Shown here in pieces: positions 45,459 through 55,354 of a stretch of DNA of 64,000 bases (position 1 is its first letter; each line of letters begins with the position of its first letter). The notes beneath the pieces were generated by a model. It did not search any database and had not been told where the DNA came from. It worked only from the letters and a program-made list of their open reading frames with translations. This DNA comes from Patescibacteria group bacterium (lineage in GTDB: Bacteria; Patescibacteriota; Patescibacteriia; Patescibacteriales; BS150m-G62): the NCBI GenBank assembly GCA_016784175.1, contig JADHVC010000002.1, positions 330-64,329 of the forward strand, written 5' to 3'. The translations under genes and the position numbers were made by a program.

Positions 45459-47483
45459 TTACAATTTTTCTTGTTTTCTTGGTTCGCTTACTTGGTTTAA
45501 ATAGTATAGTGCGTGTGTATTTTTTTTATCTAGTTTTAAAGCTTTTTTCCACAGTGTTTCGGCTTTAGGGTAATCACGAAGATTCCAATAGTTTAAGCCC
45601 ATTTTGTTGTATACTGAGGCTAACTTATACCCCTCATCTATCGATCTTTGTAGATAATCTTGAGCTAATAATACATCAGATTCATTTTGGCTAGAAGAGA
45701 GTAGGTAACCTTTTGAAGCTAAGATGTGCATATTGTTTGGTAGTTTTTTTTCTAGCTCATTGTATGTATTAAGCGCTAAGTCTGATTGCCCGTTTAATAA
45801 ACATAACTGAGCTAGATTCAATTTATGGTTAAAGCTAGTACCTTTATTAAGATATGTAATCCTCTCTTTAAAGCCATCTGCAGTTATTGCATGTTTTTTT
45901 ATGGTCTCACTATTTTGTTCTGTATTTTTGAGCATTATTATAGAATAGTAGTCAAAATAAACTAGTGTCCAATTTTTATCATTTAATCGTGAGGCAATAA
46001 AGCTTAATGCCCAAGGTGTTCCGTCAGTGTGAGAAAAGTAAATCGAATTAATATTATATTGTTTGCTGTACAGTTTCCATGCGCTTGTGTCTTCTTGCAT
46101 TGGCTTATAAATATCATGAAAAAATGACACAGTGTATGCTTCTGGCCTATTGTCAACAAATACTAGCTCGTCTGGGTAAAGCCAATATTCAAGTGCGCTT
46201 CCTAAGTCATAATTATTAAAGATTGGCCCTCTGAGTTTATTATCGCGAAAAAAACTTATAGAATTTTCACTGTAATCTGCAAGTCCGAATCCAAAAGGTT
46301 GTTTAATAAAATAGTGATTAGTTCTAGCATCATCGACAATTAAAATTAACACTAAAGAATAGACAATAATAATTGCCATACTGATCGATTTTGCTTTTAC
46401 AAAAAACTCTCTTTTTATGCTCGGTATTGTTATGTAGATATTGTTTGCGATTATTGGCAGAGTGATGAGCGCAAAAATAGGCAAATTTCTAATAGCAAAA
46501 AAAGCTAAAAAGCTAAAGAAAGAAGCGACTAATACATTATAAATTGCAATTCTTTTTCTTTGAATAAGTAGTAAGGTAAAACTTATAACTAGTAGAATGA
46601 AAATAAACTTAAAAAGGCTAATGTTGTAGTTAATCATTATTTCTTCCAAGTAAAACGGCGATTTATTTTCTACAATTTCATAGCCATATTCTCGCAATAT
46701 ACTAAAAGGGTATAGCAGTCCTTTTATAAAATGTGGGTTTAATAAGCTGATCAGAACACTTACATACAAGACTTTGAATAATTCCTGAATAGAATTCGAT
46801 TTAAAAATGTACTTATATTTTATAATCAGTTGTTCAATAAGTGCAGCTCCTATTAAAAAGAATCCAAGAAAAAAGTAGATATGCAAATTTATCCAAAGTA
46901 GTTGAATTGGTACAATCCATTTGATCGATTTAAAGTTGAATTTATTTATTACTGTGGTGTGCAATATTTTATGTTTTGAGTTTAATGTTTGAGTTCGCCA
47001 GTTATAAATTAAGTATGATTCGAATGCTAAAAACAGGTAGCTAAAAGCTTCCGGTCTTATCTCTGTTCTTTGCGATGTTATAAGGATTACTGGTAATATC
47101 AGCGCGCTTGCTAATAAAAAGTTTGACTTAGACTTCGCTATGTTAAAAAATATTAATATTATAGCGATGGCAATAGAAACATTAACTATGCTTAATAATT
47201 TAAAACCACCGATCACAGTTACGGCGTAAAATAATACCCCTGCTAGCCAGTGATGGTTAACAAAAGGTAAATGCTGCTCTGTGAAAGAATAAAAATTTGT
47301 ATACAGCACGCTGGGGTTACTCCAAACAACTTCTCCATTTTTAATGTGTCTGCCTAAATCTAGCGAACTAAATTCCGCCTTTTGAGCAAAAATCACTACA
47401 GTAAGAGTTACTATAAACAAATATAGTATAATGTTTGGCCAATTTTTAATGCTATAGTTTTTAATTTTTTGAAAGTTAATCAT
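45459..47483 (-). CDS. Polytopic membrane protein with C-terminal TPR domain (possible GT-C-fold glycosyltransferase)
   Basis: About 12 hydrophobic helices in the first 380 aa, then a soluble domain ending in TPR-like repeats (YNKMGLNYWNLRDYPKAETLWKKALKLDKKNTHALYYL). The function is inferred from architecture only. Confidence 0.45.
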   Translation of the reverse strand: MINFQKIKNYSIKNWPNIILYLFIVTLTVVIFAQKAEFSSLDLGRHIKNGEVVWSNPSVLYTNFYSFTEQHLPFVNHHWLAGVLFYAVTVIGGFKLLSIVNVSIAIAIILIFFNIAKSKSNFLLASALILPVILITSQRTEIRPEAFSYLFLAFESYLIYNWRTQTLNSKHKILHTTVINKFNFKSIKWIVPIQLLWINLHIYFFLGFFLIGAALIEQLIIKYKYIFKSNSIQELFKVLYVSVLISLLNPHFIKGLLYPFSILREYGYEIVENKSPFYLEEIMINYNISLFKFIFILLVISFTLLLIQRKRIAIYNVLVASFFSFLAFFAIRNLPIFALITLPIIANNIYITIPSIKREFFVKAKSISMAIIIVYSLVLILIVDDARTNHYFIKQPFGFGLADYSENSISFFRDNKLRGPIFNNYDLGSALEYWLYPDELVFVDNRPEAYTVSFFHDIYKPMQEDTSAWKLYSKQYNINSIYFSHTDGTPWALSFIASRLNDKNWTLVYFDYYSIIMLKNTEQNSETIKKHAITADGFKERITYLNKGTSFNHKLNLAQLCLLNGQSDLALNTYNELEKKLPNNMHILASKGYLLSSSQNESDVLLAQDYLQRSIDEGYKLASVYNKMGLNYWNLRDYPKAETLWKKALKLDKKNTHALYYLNQVSEPRKQEKL

Positions 47484-47510
47484 ATATATAAAGTATACTA
47501 TATAGTATGT

Positions 47511-47541
47511 AAAAAAAAGCCATTGAGTTCATTCAATGGCT
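47511..47541 (-). terminator. Rho-independent terminator (minus strand) after purC
   Basis: GCCATTGA (47519-26) pairs with TCAATGGC (47533-40). The A8 run at 47511-18 becomes the T-tract on the minus strand. Confidence 0.75.
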
Positions 47542-47552
47542 TTGAGGTTAAT

Positions 47553-48599
47553 TTACTTGCTTTGTGCGCGAAGTAAGAATTGGTTTTGGTAGTTTTTTAG
47601 ACTTTGATTAGTAAGTTTTTCAAAGATTTCATGCAGTCTTGTTTGAACAGTGTCGATGACTTCTTCTGGAACCTTGAGGTTGTGCACAAAGTCTATGTGC
47701 TCATTAACTTCTGGATCAAGGTTGTTTATGCCAATGATGGGACTCCCGTTTTTATCTATAAAAGGTGTTACAATTTGTCTACCCCATACTCTTGCAACTT
47801 CTTTATCATAGAATATCGGATCCCGGCCTTCTTCCATTGCTAATTTCCAGTCTTCATCTGTTGTGAATCGTGAAGAGTCAGGTGTTAGAATTTCATCTGC
47901 AATAATGCCCTCGCCCTCTATTTTTGTATCAAGAATCCTTATCCCAGCCTTTATGAGAGCATATTGATAAGCTTCTTCGTAGGCCTTGCTGAACATTTTT
48001 TCTGTGCGATGTCCTGCTTCTCCTGTTTGGTCAAAGAAAGACCGTACCGTGATGTTCACGTCATGACCTACGCTAGCTTTTGTGGACGGAGTAAAAAGCG
48101 GCTTTGGCATAAATGACCACTTTTGCAGATTCGGCTCTAGTTTTACTCCAGCTACGATGCCAGTCTTTTGATAGTTTTTAAAAACCGACCCTCCAAGGTG
48201 GTGTCTAAAAATCATTTCGAATGGTGGGATAGTAACTTTCTTTACAACCAATGCTCTTTTGAGTGGTATTTCTGGTAGCTTTTCGCTCAAGTCATAAGCA
48301 AAGTTGTGTGTATTAGGGTGAATCTTTGAAGGCTCAAGATGGTTTGGAAAGTCTTTCAAGACAGTTGTCATCCAAAAATGAGTGAGTGCTGTTAAAATTT
48401 CTCCTTTATCTGGCACTTCCACTGGCAACACAAAATCAAAAATCGATAGTCTGTCACTGGCCACCACGAGAAGTAGTGGCTTAGAGTCGCCTGGTTTAGA
48501 GAGTGTATAAGTCTCCCTTACCTTTCCCTGGTGGGTAAGGAGCTCAAATAGCGATGGTATTATTGCACTATCTTTGACTGATTCAGGAATTGACGCCAT
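47553..48599 (-). CDS. purC: Phosphoribosylaminoimidazole-succinocarboxamide (SAICAR) synthase, long form
   Basis: GKVRETY...LLLVVASDRLSIFDFVLPVEVPDKGEILTALTHFWM matches the SAICAR synthetase signature. An AAGGA SD lies 7 nt upstream. GC is above the window average. Confidence 0.8.
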   Translation of the reverse strand: MASIPESVKDSAIIPSLFELLTHQGKVRETYTLSKPGDSKPLLLVVASDRLSIFDFVLPVEVPDKGEILTALTHFWMTTVLKDFPNHLEPSKIHPNTHNFAYDLSEKLPEIPLKRALVVKKVTIPPFEMIFRHHLGGSVFKNYQKTGIVAGVKLEPNLQKWSFMPKPLFTPSTKASVGHDVNITVRSFFDQTGEAGHRTEKMFSKAYEEAYQYALIKAGIRILDTKIEGEGIIADEILTPDSSRFTTDEDWKLAMEEGRDPIFYDKEVARVWGRQIVTPFIDKNGSPIIGINNLDPEVNEHIDFVHNLKVPEEVIDTVQTRLHEIFEKLTNQSLKNYQNQFLLRAQSK

Positions 48600-48657
48600 G
48601 ACTTTATCCTTTTAGTTTTGAGTTTGATGAGGTATGCAATTTTATTGCGTTTTAATG

Positions 48658-49197
48658 CTACTGAGTTTTTTGCATTTCAATTACTTCTGCAAATTCACGC
48701 GAATACGTTGGCCTAGGATCAGGCTTTTTAATTATTGGAAGATTTTCAGAGATGGCGAACTTACAGGCTCTGCTAAACCCTTCCTCACCAAAATAAAAAC
48801 CATGACCATCCTCAAAGACTACTTGGGTTCCGGGCACTTGCGATATACTTAGTCTTGCAGCGAGATTGGCTTTTTTAGTTTTTCCTGAAAAAGCGACCCC
48901 AATGATAACGAGACGATAATCTTCTAATTCGTAGCGTAGAATTGAGTCAATCATTCCCGGCAAGTGGGCTGCCATGCCTGCTCCTGCGATAATTACATCG
49001 AGTTCATTTCTTAATAGCAAAGCTCTTTGCACAGTTAGTAAGTGTCTATGTACACTTGCAGTAATAATTTCCTTTCCTTTAATCGTGGTAATGAGGCCAG
49101 CTGTCTTTGCTTCAATGAGATGTTTAAGGCCGCGCGCGCACTGTGGCAAGTCAGAGTCAGAACCAACTATAACCATTACTCTTCTTGGGCTTTTCAT
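48658..49197 (-). CDS. purE: PurE-family AIR carboxylase / N5-CAIR mutase
   Basis: VMVIVGSDSDLPQ, SVHRH and VIIAGAGMAAHLPGMIDS. The start is set at the ATG at 49197 (MKSPRR...), which has GGAGAA 8 nt upstream, rather than at 49245. Confidence 0.7.
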   Translation of the reverse strand: MKSPRRVMVIVGSDSDLPQCARGLKHLIEAKTAGLITTIKGKEIITASVHRHLLTVQRALLLRNELDVIIAGAGMAAHLPGMIDSILRYELEDYRLVIIGVAFSGKTKKANLAARLSISQVPGTQVVFEDGHGFYFGEEGFSRACKFAISENLPIIKKPDPRPTYSREFAEVIEMQKTQ

Positions 49198-49289
49198 ATA
49201 ATTTTCTCCATAGGTTGTGAATAGGTTGTGAAAAGGACAAATCAAGTAAAATATACCAAAAGATCATTAAATATGCAAGTAAAAAAAAC

Positions 49290-49490
49290 ATAACTACTCA
49301 CTATGTCTGCATTATTTTTAAGCGCATATGGAATATGTAGTAATTATTAGCACAATTTAACTTAAAAAAAATATGTTTGAGTGAAGCGAGTTTAAAATTT
49401 TTGTTTAAAATTTTTGTTAAATTGTGCGTAAAAAATTGCCCAATATTCCATCCTAAGCGAAAAAGTGATGTAGATATAGTAAGTAGTTAC
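49290..49490 (+). mobile_element. Foldback MITE-like element, full copy (201 bp, internal 13-nt duplication)
   Basis: ATAACTACTCACTATGTCTGCAT...ATAGTAAGTAGTTAC. Contains an extra TTTAAAATTTTTG unit. AAAAAAAAC flanks both sides (49281-89 and 49491-99; low complexity). Confidence 0.85.
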
Positions 49491-49520
49491 AAAAAAAACA
49501 CTCTCATAAGTTGAGAGTGT
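49491..49520 (-). terminator. Rho-independent terminator (minus strand) after 49546..51588
   Basis: ACACTCTCA (49498-506) pairs with TGAGAGTGT (49512-20). The A-run at 49491-98 gives the T-tract on the minus strand. Confidence 0.7.
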
Positions 49521-49545
49521 TATTAATGAAATATTTTATGTTGTA

Positions 49546-51588
49546 CTATTTAGTAATAATAGCCTTAAAGAGTTTATCTGCTTGTAAGTCCGTTTTCCAG
49601 TCAACTTTTGTATCACTAATATTTCTGGTATAGAATGCATCTCCTTCTGTTTTTTCTATATTGCTGGCAAGGCTTACAAAAACTTCAAGATTATCAATGT
49701 CATTACCCGGTTGCTTTTGAACATAAAGCGAATAAGCATCCTTGTTATCTACGTCAATAATGTAACCTGGAAGTTCATAGGAAATTTGAAATTCATACGA
49801 TGTTCCGGGTTTAATTTCTAAGGTTGCACCGAACGAAGTTTTACCAAGCTCGTTTTCTATATCAATATTATTTAAGTTGGTTGAAGAGCTAATAATTCTT
49901 GATCCAAGTGGTGTAAATACTCTGATGTAATTTTTGTAGTTTCGACTATCGTTATTCTTTACATAAACATATTTAACTCTTAGTTTAGCAATTAATTTAT
50001 CGCCTTTTTGCTCAACTTCATAATGTGCAGTTTCACTAATATTTTCATTTAATCTTTGTGCAGGAATATTCGCATCTACTATCATTAAATAATCACCATT
50101 AGTCTTTTTCAATTCTCCTGACCAATTTTGAATTGAAAGTAGATCCTGTAAGTCCGTATTTTTTGAGTATACTAAGATGTTTTTATTATCTGCATTATTA
50201 GCCAAGATCATCCCAAGTTCAGGCCAACTTGAAAATGGAAGGTCAAATAATCTAAGCTGAACTGTTTTTACGATTTCTGCAATCAGTAGCTTTTGGTTAG
50301 TATATTTTCCTGCTTGTAAATATTTCTTATCCAACTCTTCCTCATATAGTCTAACGAAGTTATCTTTTGTATAGGTAACATTATCTACCTCAACAGGTCC
50401 AGTAATTGATAGTAAGTCAAGAGTCAATTCTGGAGTTAATCCAATAACACCGTCAAAGTTCAAGCTACAATCAGAGATTGGACACTCATCTGATTTATTA
50501 TTTTTTGTTATATTTAATAATTTAGTTTTGTATAATTGTTCTGCATTCTTGGCACTAGTTGGCCAATCTGGACTCCAGTTAGCATCTCTTAATAGCCAAT
50601 TATCACTACCCGTTAATTCTTTTATTATCTTAGGGGGGTCAATTTTTTCAACTTTTTTTGACTGAATATCTAAATGGTTTGTGTCATAAAGCTCATAACT
50701 AATAATTTCTCCTCTATCAAATTCTAGAATAGCATATGTTCCAATCGTACCACCAATCGGTCTTAGTCTATCTGAATTTTGAAGTAGTACTAAATATCTA
50801 GCCTTCTGAGGGTATCCAACTAATGTCGGCATTATTTTTGTTAAAGGTACTATCTTATTTATAACATCACGACCTTGAGTAAGTTTATCCTTTAGTGCAG
50901 AGACATCATCCTTGATAAACCAAAGTAATCCATTTGTTTTAACATTGTTTAGGTTGTTGCCCGCCTCATTTATGTTTAATTCGATATCTTTTAGCTTACC
51001 ACCAGATTTTGTAATCTTTTCTAGTAAATCTGCTTTCTTATTTGGGGTTAAGTTTGTTAAGTTAGTTGCAGTTTCCGTATCCAATATTGCTTGTAAATCA
51101 AGCGAGAAAGAAGAAGAATTACTAATTGCTAAACTTACTTTTTCACCAGTCAAGAGCAAGTTTTCAATATTCTGAAGTTCTGAGTCAAGAAACGGTATGC
51201 GACTTGCTATAAGACCTTCCTGAATTTTAGTTACTTTGTTGATAGCTAGAGAAAAGTTGTGAGAGGCTAAGTCTGCCTGATGTATAGCATTGCTAAAGTC
51301 AAACTTTTTTGCGAGGCTTATTGACGTCTCTAGTCCATTTTTACCAGATATACCATACTGGTAGGATTGTTTGATATCTAGTGCGTAACTAGCAAATAAC
51401 ATAATTGCTAGAATTGGTAATGTTAAGAGAAACACACCAAAATATTTAAGAGCTAATATAAGTTTGTCTCTATCAATATTTAGTTTGAATGATTCCTTTA
51501 CCTCTTGATTGCTATTTTTAGAGCCAATAATGATGTTGTTATCTGAACCTTGTTTGCTATTTTGTTGTTCTATTTTTTGTGGTTCCAT
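49546..51588 (-). CDS. DUF4012-like membrane-anchored protein (680 aa)
   Basis: N-terminal TM helix (YFGVFLLTLPILAIMLF). YLVLLQNSDRLRPIGGTIGTYAILEFDRGEI resembles the QN..E.R..GG motif I associate with DUF4012. It sits in a glycan locus. Confidence 0.5.
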   Translation of the reverse strand: MEPQKIEQQNSKQGSDNNIIIGSKNSNQEVKESFKLNIDRDKLILALKYFGVFLLTLPILAIMLFASYALDIKQSYQYGISGKNGLETSISLAKKFDFSNAIHQADLASHNFSLAINKVTKIQEGLIASRIPFLDSELQNIENLLLTGEKVSLAISNSSSFSLDLQAILDTETATNLTNLTPNKKADLLEKITKSGGKLKDIELNINEAGNNLNNVKTNGLLWFIKDDVSALKDKLTQGRDVINKIVPLTKIMPTLVGYPQKARYLVLLQNSDRLRPIGGTIGTYAILEFDRGEIISYELYDTNHLDIQSKKVEKIDPPKIIKELTGSDNWLLRDANWSPDWPTSAKNAEQLYKTKLLNITKNNKSDECPISDCSLNFDGVIGLTPELTLDLLSITGPVEVDNVTYTKDNFVRLYEEELDKKYLQAGKYTNQKLLIAEIVKTVQLRLFDLPFSSWPELGMILANNADNKNILVYSKNTDLQDLLSIQNWSGELKKTNGDYLMIVDANIPAQRLNENISETAHYEVEQKGDKLIAKLRVKYVYVKNNDSRNYKNYIRVFTPLGSRIISSSTNLNNIDIENELGKTSFGATLEIKPGTSYEFQISYELPGYIIDVDNKDAYSLYVQKQPGNDIDNLEVFVSLASNIEKTEGDAFYTRNISDTKVDWKTDLQADKLFKAIITK

Positions 51589-51606
51589 AGTTATTATTTA
51601 TTTATG

Positions 51607-52773
51607 CTATAAGGCCTTTGACATCATATTCTTAGTTTTAAAATTTATGATATTATATTTTTGTTTTGTTAGGATATTTTTATATAACCTCTCTGTTTTA
51701 TCCGTAATTTTATCCCAGTCGTAATTCTCTTCCACAACTTGCTTGCCCTTTTCTTTATATTTTTTTACTAATTTTGGTTTTTTTAATAAGTAGTCTAATT
51801 GTTTTTTCATACTAGGAACATTCTTATTTTCAAAATAGAATCCATTATTCAAAACTGCTTCTCTATTTTCTGGGATATTACTCACTAGTACGGTATTCTT
51901 GCTTGCTAAGGATTCAAGTAATGCGATCGACAATCCTTCTGATGTAGAGGGTTGAACGAATAGATATGCATTAGAGAATAGCTCAACTAGGTTGCTGCCA
52001 GTTTGATTGTTGGTAAAGATAATGTTTGGATTTTTCTGCGCAATTTTTTTAAGATAAGTTACATATTCGTTTGTGTATGAGCTTGCCCCGACAATTACTA
52101 GTTTCTTGTCAGTTTTTAGAAGGTTATATGCATTAATTAAGAAGTGTATTCCTTTATGCTCAATCAATCTTGAAACGCTTAGTATGTAGCTATCTTTTGT
52201 AAGGCCCCATTTCTTCTTTATTGCATGGGCATTCTTTGATTGCATAAGCTCAACTCCATTTGGAATATAGATTGCGTCAGTATTGTATGTTTTTTTTGCG
52301 TATCTAGCTAAGCCTTTCGAAACTGTAATTGTTTTGTTTGGTAGTGTACAAGCAACAAACTCTCCAAATCGCAAGTATGTTCTAGCCAAAAATCCCCATT
52401 TTTGATGATAGTAGTCTTGACAATGAAAAGTTGCAATTATTTTAGTTCTTGGTTTCAATACTCGTGCAAGCCAAATTAGAGAAGATGGTCCAATCGAGTG
52501 AAAATGAATTATATCTGGCTTTTGGGTTATTAGATGCAGACAAGCTAAGAAAGTGTGACTAATTGCTTCTAGGTGCTTTTTCTTCATGCTCGGTAAGCTA
52601 ATTAAATTCACTCCCTTGTAGCTGGTTTTATTTTTAGCGGTATAGGTTGATCGAGTATAGATTGTTACATTGTTCCCACGTCTAACTAGACGGGTTGCAA
52701 GCATTTCAACATGCTTTTCCACCCCACCTCCAATTGACGGTATTCCTTTTTGACCAATTATGTGTATGTTCAT
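51607..52773 (-). CDS. Glycosyltransferase family 4 (GT-B)
   Basis: MNIHIIGQKGIPSIGGGVEKHVEMLA at the N-terminus. C-terminal SEGLSIALLESLASKNTVLVSNIPEN. Confidence 0.8.
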   Translation of the reverse strand: MNIHIIGQKGIPSIGGGVEKHVEMLATRLVRRGNNVTIYTRSTYTAKNKTSYKGVNLISLPSMKKKHLEAISHTFLACLHLITQKPDIIHFHSIGPSSLIWLARVLKPRTKIIATFHCQDYYHQKWGFLARTYLRFGEFVACTLPNKTITVSKGLARYAKKTYNTDAIYIPNGVELMQSKNAHAIKKKWGLTKDSYILSVSRLIEHKGIHFLINAYNLLKTDKKLVIVGASSYTNEYVTYLKKIAQKNPNIIFTNNQTGSNLVELFSNAYLFVQPSTSEGLSIALLESLASKNTVLVSNIPENREAVLNNGFYFENKNVPSMKKQLDYLLKKPKLVKKYKEKGKQVVEENYDWDKITDKTERLYKNILTKQKYNIINFKTKNMMSKAL

Positions 52774-52859
52774 TTTAACTGTAATCTTGATGAATATTTG
52801 CTAAAAATTAATTTGTATGACCTTAGCATATAAGAAAAAAAATGTCAAGGGTTTTTTAG

Positions 52860-53048
52860 GTAGATACTCACTATACCTCCATTATTTTTGAGCGCATATG
52901 GAATATGTAGTAATTTTTAGCACAATTTAACCTAAAAAATTTTATGTTTGAGTAAAGCGAGTTTAAAATTTTTGTTAAATTGTGCGTAAAAAATTGCCCA
53001 ATATTCCATCCTAAGCGAAAAAGTGATTCAGGCATAGTGAGTATCTAC
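52860..53048 (+). mobile_element. Foldback MITE-like element, full copy (189 bp) with co-varying termini
   Basis: GTAGATACTCACTAT...ATAGTGAGTATCTAC. Both termini carry the same variant (GATAC instead of ACTGC). Flanks are TTTTTTAG and CTTTTTAG (7/8). Confidence 0.9.
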
Positions 53049-53052
53049 CTTT

Positions 53053-54300
53053 TTAGAAACTTGAATTTTTCTTTGCATATTCTTGCTTTTTTAATTCAAT
53101 TAACTTCGAATAAATCCCAGCAATACTGTTATAATAGTCTTGCTTATTAAAGGATTTAGCTTTTAAATAGGCATTCTCGCCAATTTCCTTTAAGTTGTAA
53201 TTACTAAGTTCCATTATCTTGAATTTTAAGTCATTTACATCTCCAAGTTTAAATAGGAAGCCGTTTACGCCATGCTCAATTATCTCTTTAATTCCGCCTA
53301 TGTTAGTAACTATTATTGGTTTTTTTAACGCCATTGCCTCCAATATTGTAAGTGGCATATTCTCTGGCCAAATAGACGGCACGATAACAGCTGTAGCATT
53401 GTTAATAATGTTTTTTAGACTATCTCCATATTTTGGGCCCACTAGTTTAATATTTGTAATATTCCTGCTTTCGATTATCTCTGAATATTTTTTATAATCC
53501 GGTCCTGTACCAACTATAATGAGACTAGACTTGTGATCGCTAAATGCATCAATGAGAACATCTATCCCTTTTTCTTCCGATATTCTTCCAAAATACAAAT
53601 AATAGCTTTTATCATGTTTATTTGAAAAATCTCGTTGATTATTGATATTACCTAAATTGGTGAAATTATTCAAGGTTTGAATTTTATTTGAGTTCACTCC
53701 AAATTTAATGCAAGTATTTCGAAGGTAATCAGATGGAGTAATAAACAGATCAACTTTTTCGTAGGTTTTTAAAAAAACATTATGCAAATAAGCCTCTAAC
53801 ATAGCCAATAAGCTTTTTTTGTAAGAGTTTTTAGCACACTTTTTTAATAAACAATTATAATATTTTTGACCAATACATGAATTACATATTTTGCCTTGGC
53901 TAAAAAGCTGATAATTCGGACAAATTATTTTGTAGTCATGAAGAGTCATAACCATTGGAATATTGTGCTTCTTGATTGTATTTATGATTGCTGGGGATAA
54001 CTGATGATAAATATTATGCATATGCACAATGTCTGGCCGTTCTGCCTCTAGTAAGCTATCTAATTTTTTTTGAGCATCAAAATTATAAAATATTTTAAAG
54101 ATATTCACTAAGCTAAATTTTTCCAGATTAACTTGTTTGGCAAAATATTTACCGTATTTGGAAAATTCATTGCGCGAATCATTCATGGAAAAATGAATTA
54201 CTTCGTGTCCATGAGATTTTAGTAATTCTGACAACTCTAAATAGTGGCGCTCAGCCCCACCTCGTAAATAATGAAATTTATTAATTTGAAGTATTTTCAT
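53053..54300 (-). CDS. Glycosyltransferase family 4 (GT-B)
   Basis: MKILQINKFHYLRGGAERHYLELSELL at the N-terminus. C-terminal ENMPLTILEAMALKKPIIVTNIGGIKEII. Confidence 0.8.
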   Translation of the reverse strand: MKILQINKFHYLRGGAERHYLELSELLKSHGHEVIHFSMNDSRNEFSKYGKYFAKQVNLEKFSLVNIFKIFYNFDAQKKLDSLLEAERPDIVHMHNIYHQLSPAIINTIKKHNIPMVMTLHDYKIICPNYQLFSQGKICNSCIGQKYYNCLLKKCAKNSYKKSLLAMLEAYLHNVFLKTYEKVDLFITPSDYLRNTCIKFGVNSNKIQTLNNFTNLGNINNQRDFSNKHDKSYYLYFGRISEEKGIDVLIDAFSDHKSSLIIVGTGPDYKKYSEIIESRNITNIKLVGPKYGDSLKNIINNATAVIVPSIWPENMPLTILEAMALKKPIIVTNIGGIKEIIEHGVNGFLFKLGDVNDLKFKIMELSNYNLKEIGENAYLKAKSFNKQDYYNSIAGIYSKLIELKKQEYAKKNSSF

Positions 54301-54326
54301 ATAAGATACTGATTAGTGCAAATTAA

Positions 54327-55322
54327 TTAACTCTTAAAAAAGACACAAGAATGACATTTGGTTTTTTTTTCAGGTTTAACTCCAGTGTTATTAAAATAAT
54401 CTCGTGCGTTTCTATAATCCTCATTGTTGTAGATATCGGATACAGGGCTGGTGGCTACATTCCCAAAGTTATTTTCAGTGTGTTCATAGAAATTGCAACA
54501 TGGTTGTAATGTACCGTCCCATTTAAATGATGGATTACCGTACAACCAAAAACAATTCTTTTTTATTGGTGTTGGAACTTTATATTTTGGTGTTACATCG
54601 TCTTTCAGTGTAAATAAATCAACCTTCAAACTTTCTACAAATTTTTTCATTTCAATGATTTCATTCTCGGTTGTATGTTTAAATCTAATCATTTGTATTT
54701 CTAGTTTAGGGTACTTCGAATTTTGTATCTTTTTTTCGCTATTTATTAATCTAATGTTTTTTATTACGGTTTCAAAGTTTCCGCCTACCCTATAGTCATT
54801 GTATATTTTGCTATTTGGACCATCTAAGCTAACAATTAAGTGAGTTAATTTATTTTTTACAAGGTTGGCAGCTAGTGGTTCTGGCAAGTAGTTTAAATTC
54901 GAACTAATTACAGACCCGATTTTTCTTTTTGTTAGATATTCTATCATTTCGGCAATTTGTGGATATATTAAAGGTTCACCAAGGGAGTATAGTGATACTT
55001 TTACTAAATATTTTTCTAGCTCATTAATAATTTTTTCAAATAAGCTAAAATCCATTTGCCCAAGTTCTTTATTATCATTTAGCTCTGCTCTATCGGCAGC
55101 ATGCAAACAGCCCTTGCAACGAAGGTTACACTTATTTGTTGGCTCTATTTTTACGAAATACGGTTTAGATCTGACTGTGACCTTACCAAGTCTTCGTTCT
55201 AAAAGTGCTAGTACAATATTAAACATCTTAGTGATATTTAGGTATGGCATGGTACTACTCCAGTGCCTTTTAACAACGCTTAAAAGCAATGTATTATAGT
55301 TTTTGTATTGCAGGTTGATCAT
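54327..55322 (-). CDS. Radical SAM enzyme with SPASM-like C-terminal Cys cluster
   Basis: CNLRCKGC (CX3CX2C) near residue 65. C-terminal cysteines are CFW...QPCCNF...KCHSC. Confidence 0.8.
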   Translation of the reverse strand: MINLQYKNYNTLLLSVVKRHWSSTMPYLNITKMFNIVLALLERRLGKVTVRSKPYFVKIEPTNKCNLRCKGCLHAADRAELNDNKELGQMDFSLFEKIINELEKYLVKVSLYSLGEPLIYPQIAEMIEYLTKRKIGSVISSNLNYLPEPLAANLVKNKLTHLIVSLDGPNSKIYNDYRVGGNFETVIKNIRLINSEKKIQNSKYPKLEIQMIRFKHTTENEIIEMKKFVESLKVDLFTLKDDVTPKYKVPTPIKKNCFWLYGNPSFKWDGTLQPCCNFYEHTENNFGNVATSPVSDIYNNEDYRNARDYFNNTGVKPEKKTKCHSCVFFKS

Positions 55323-55354
55323 TTGTTAATTTAAAAGTAATATTAATATATACT

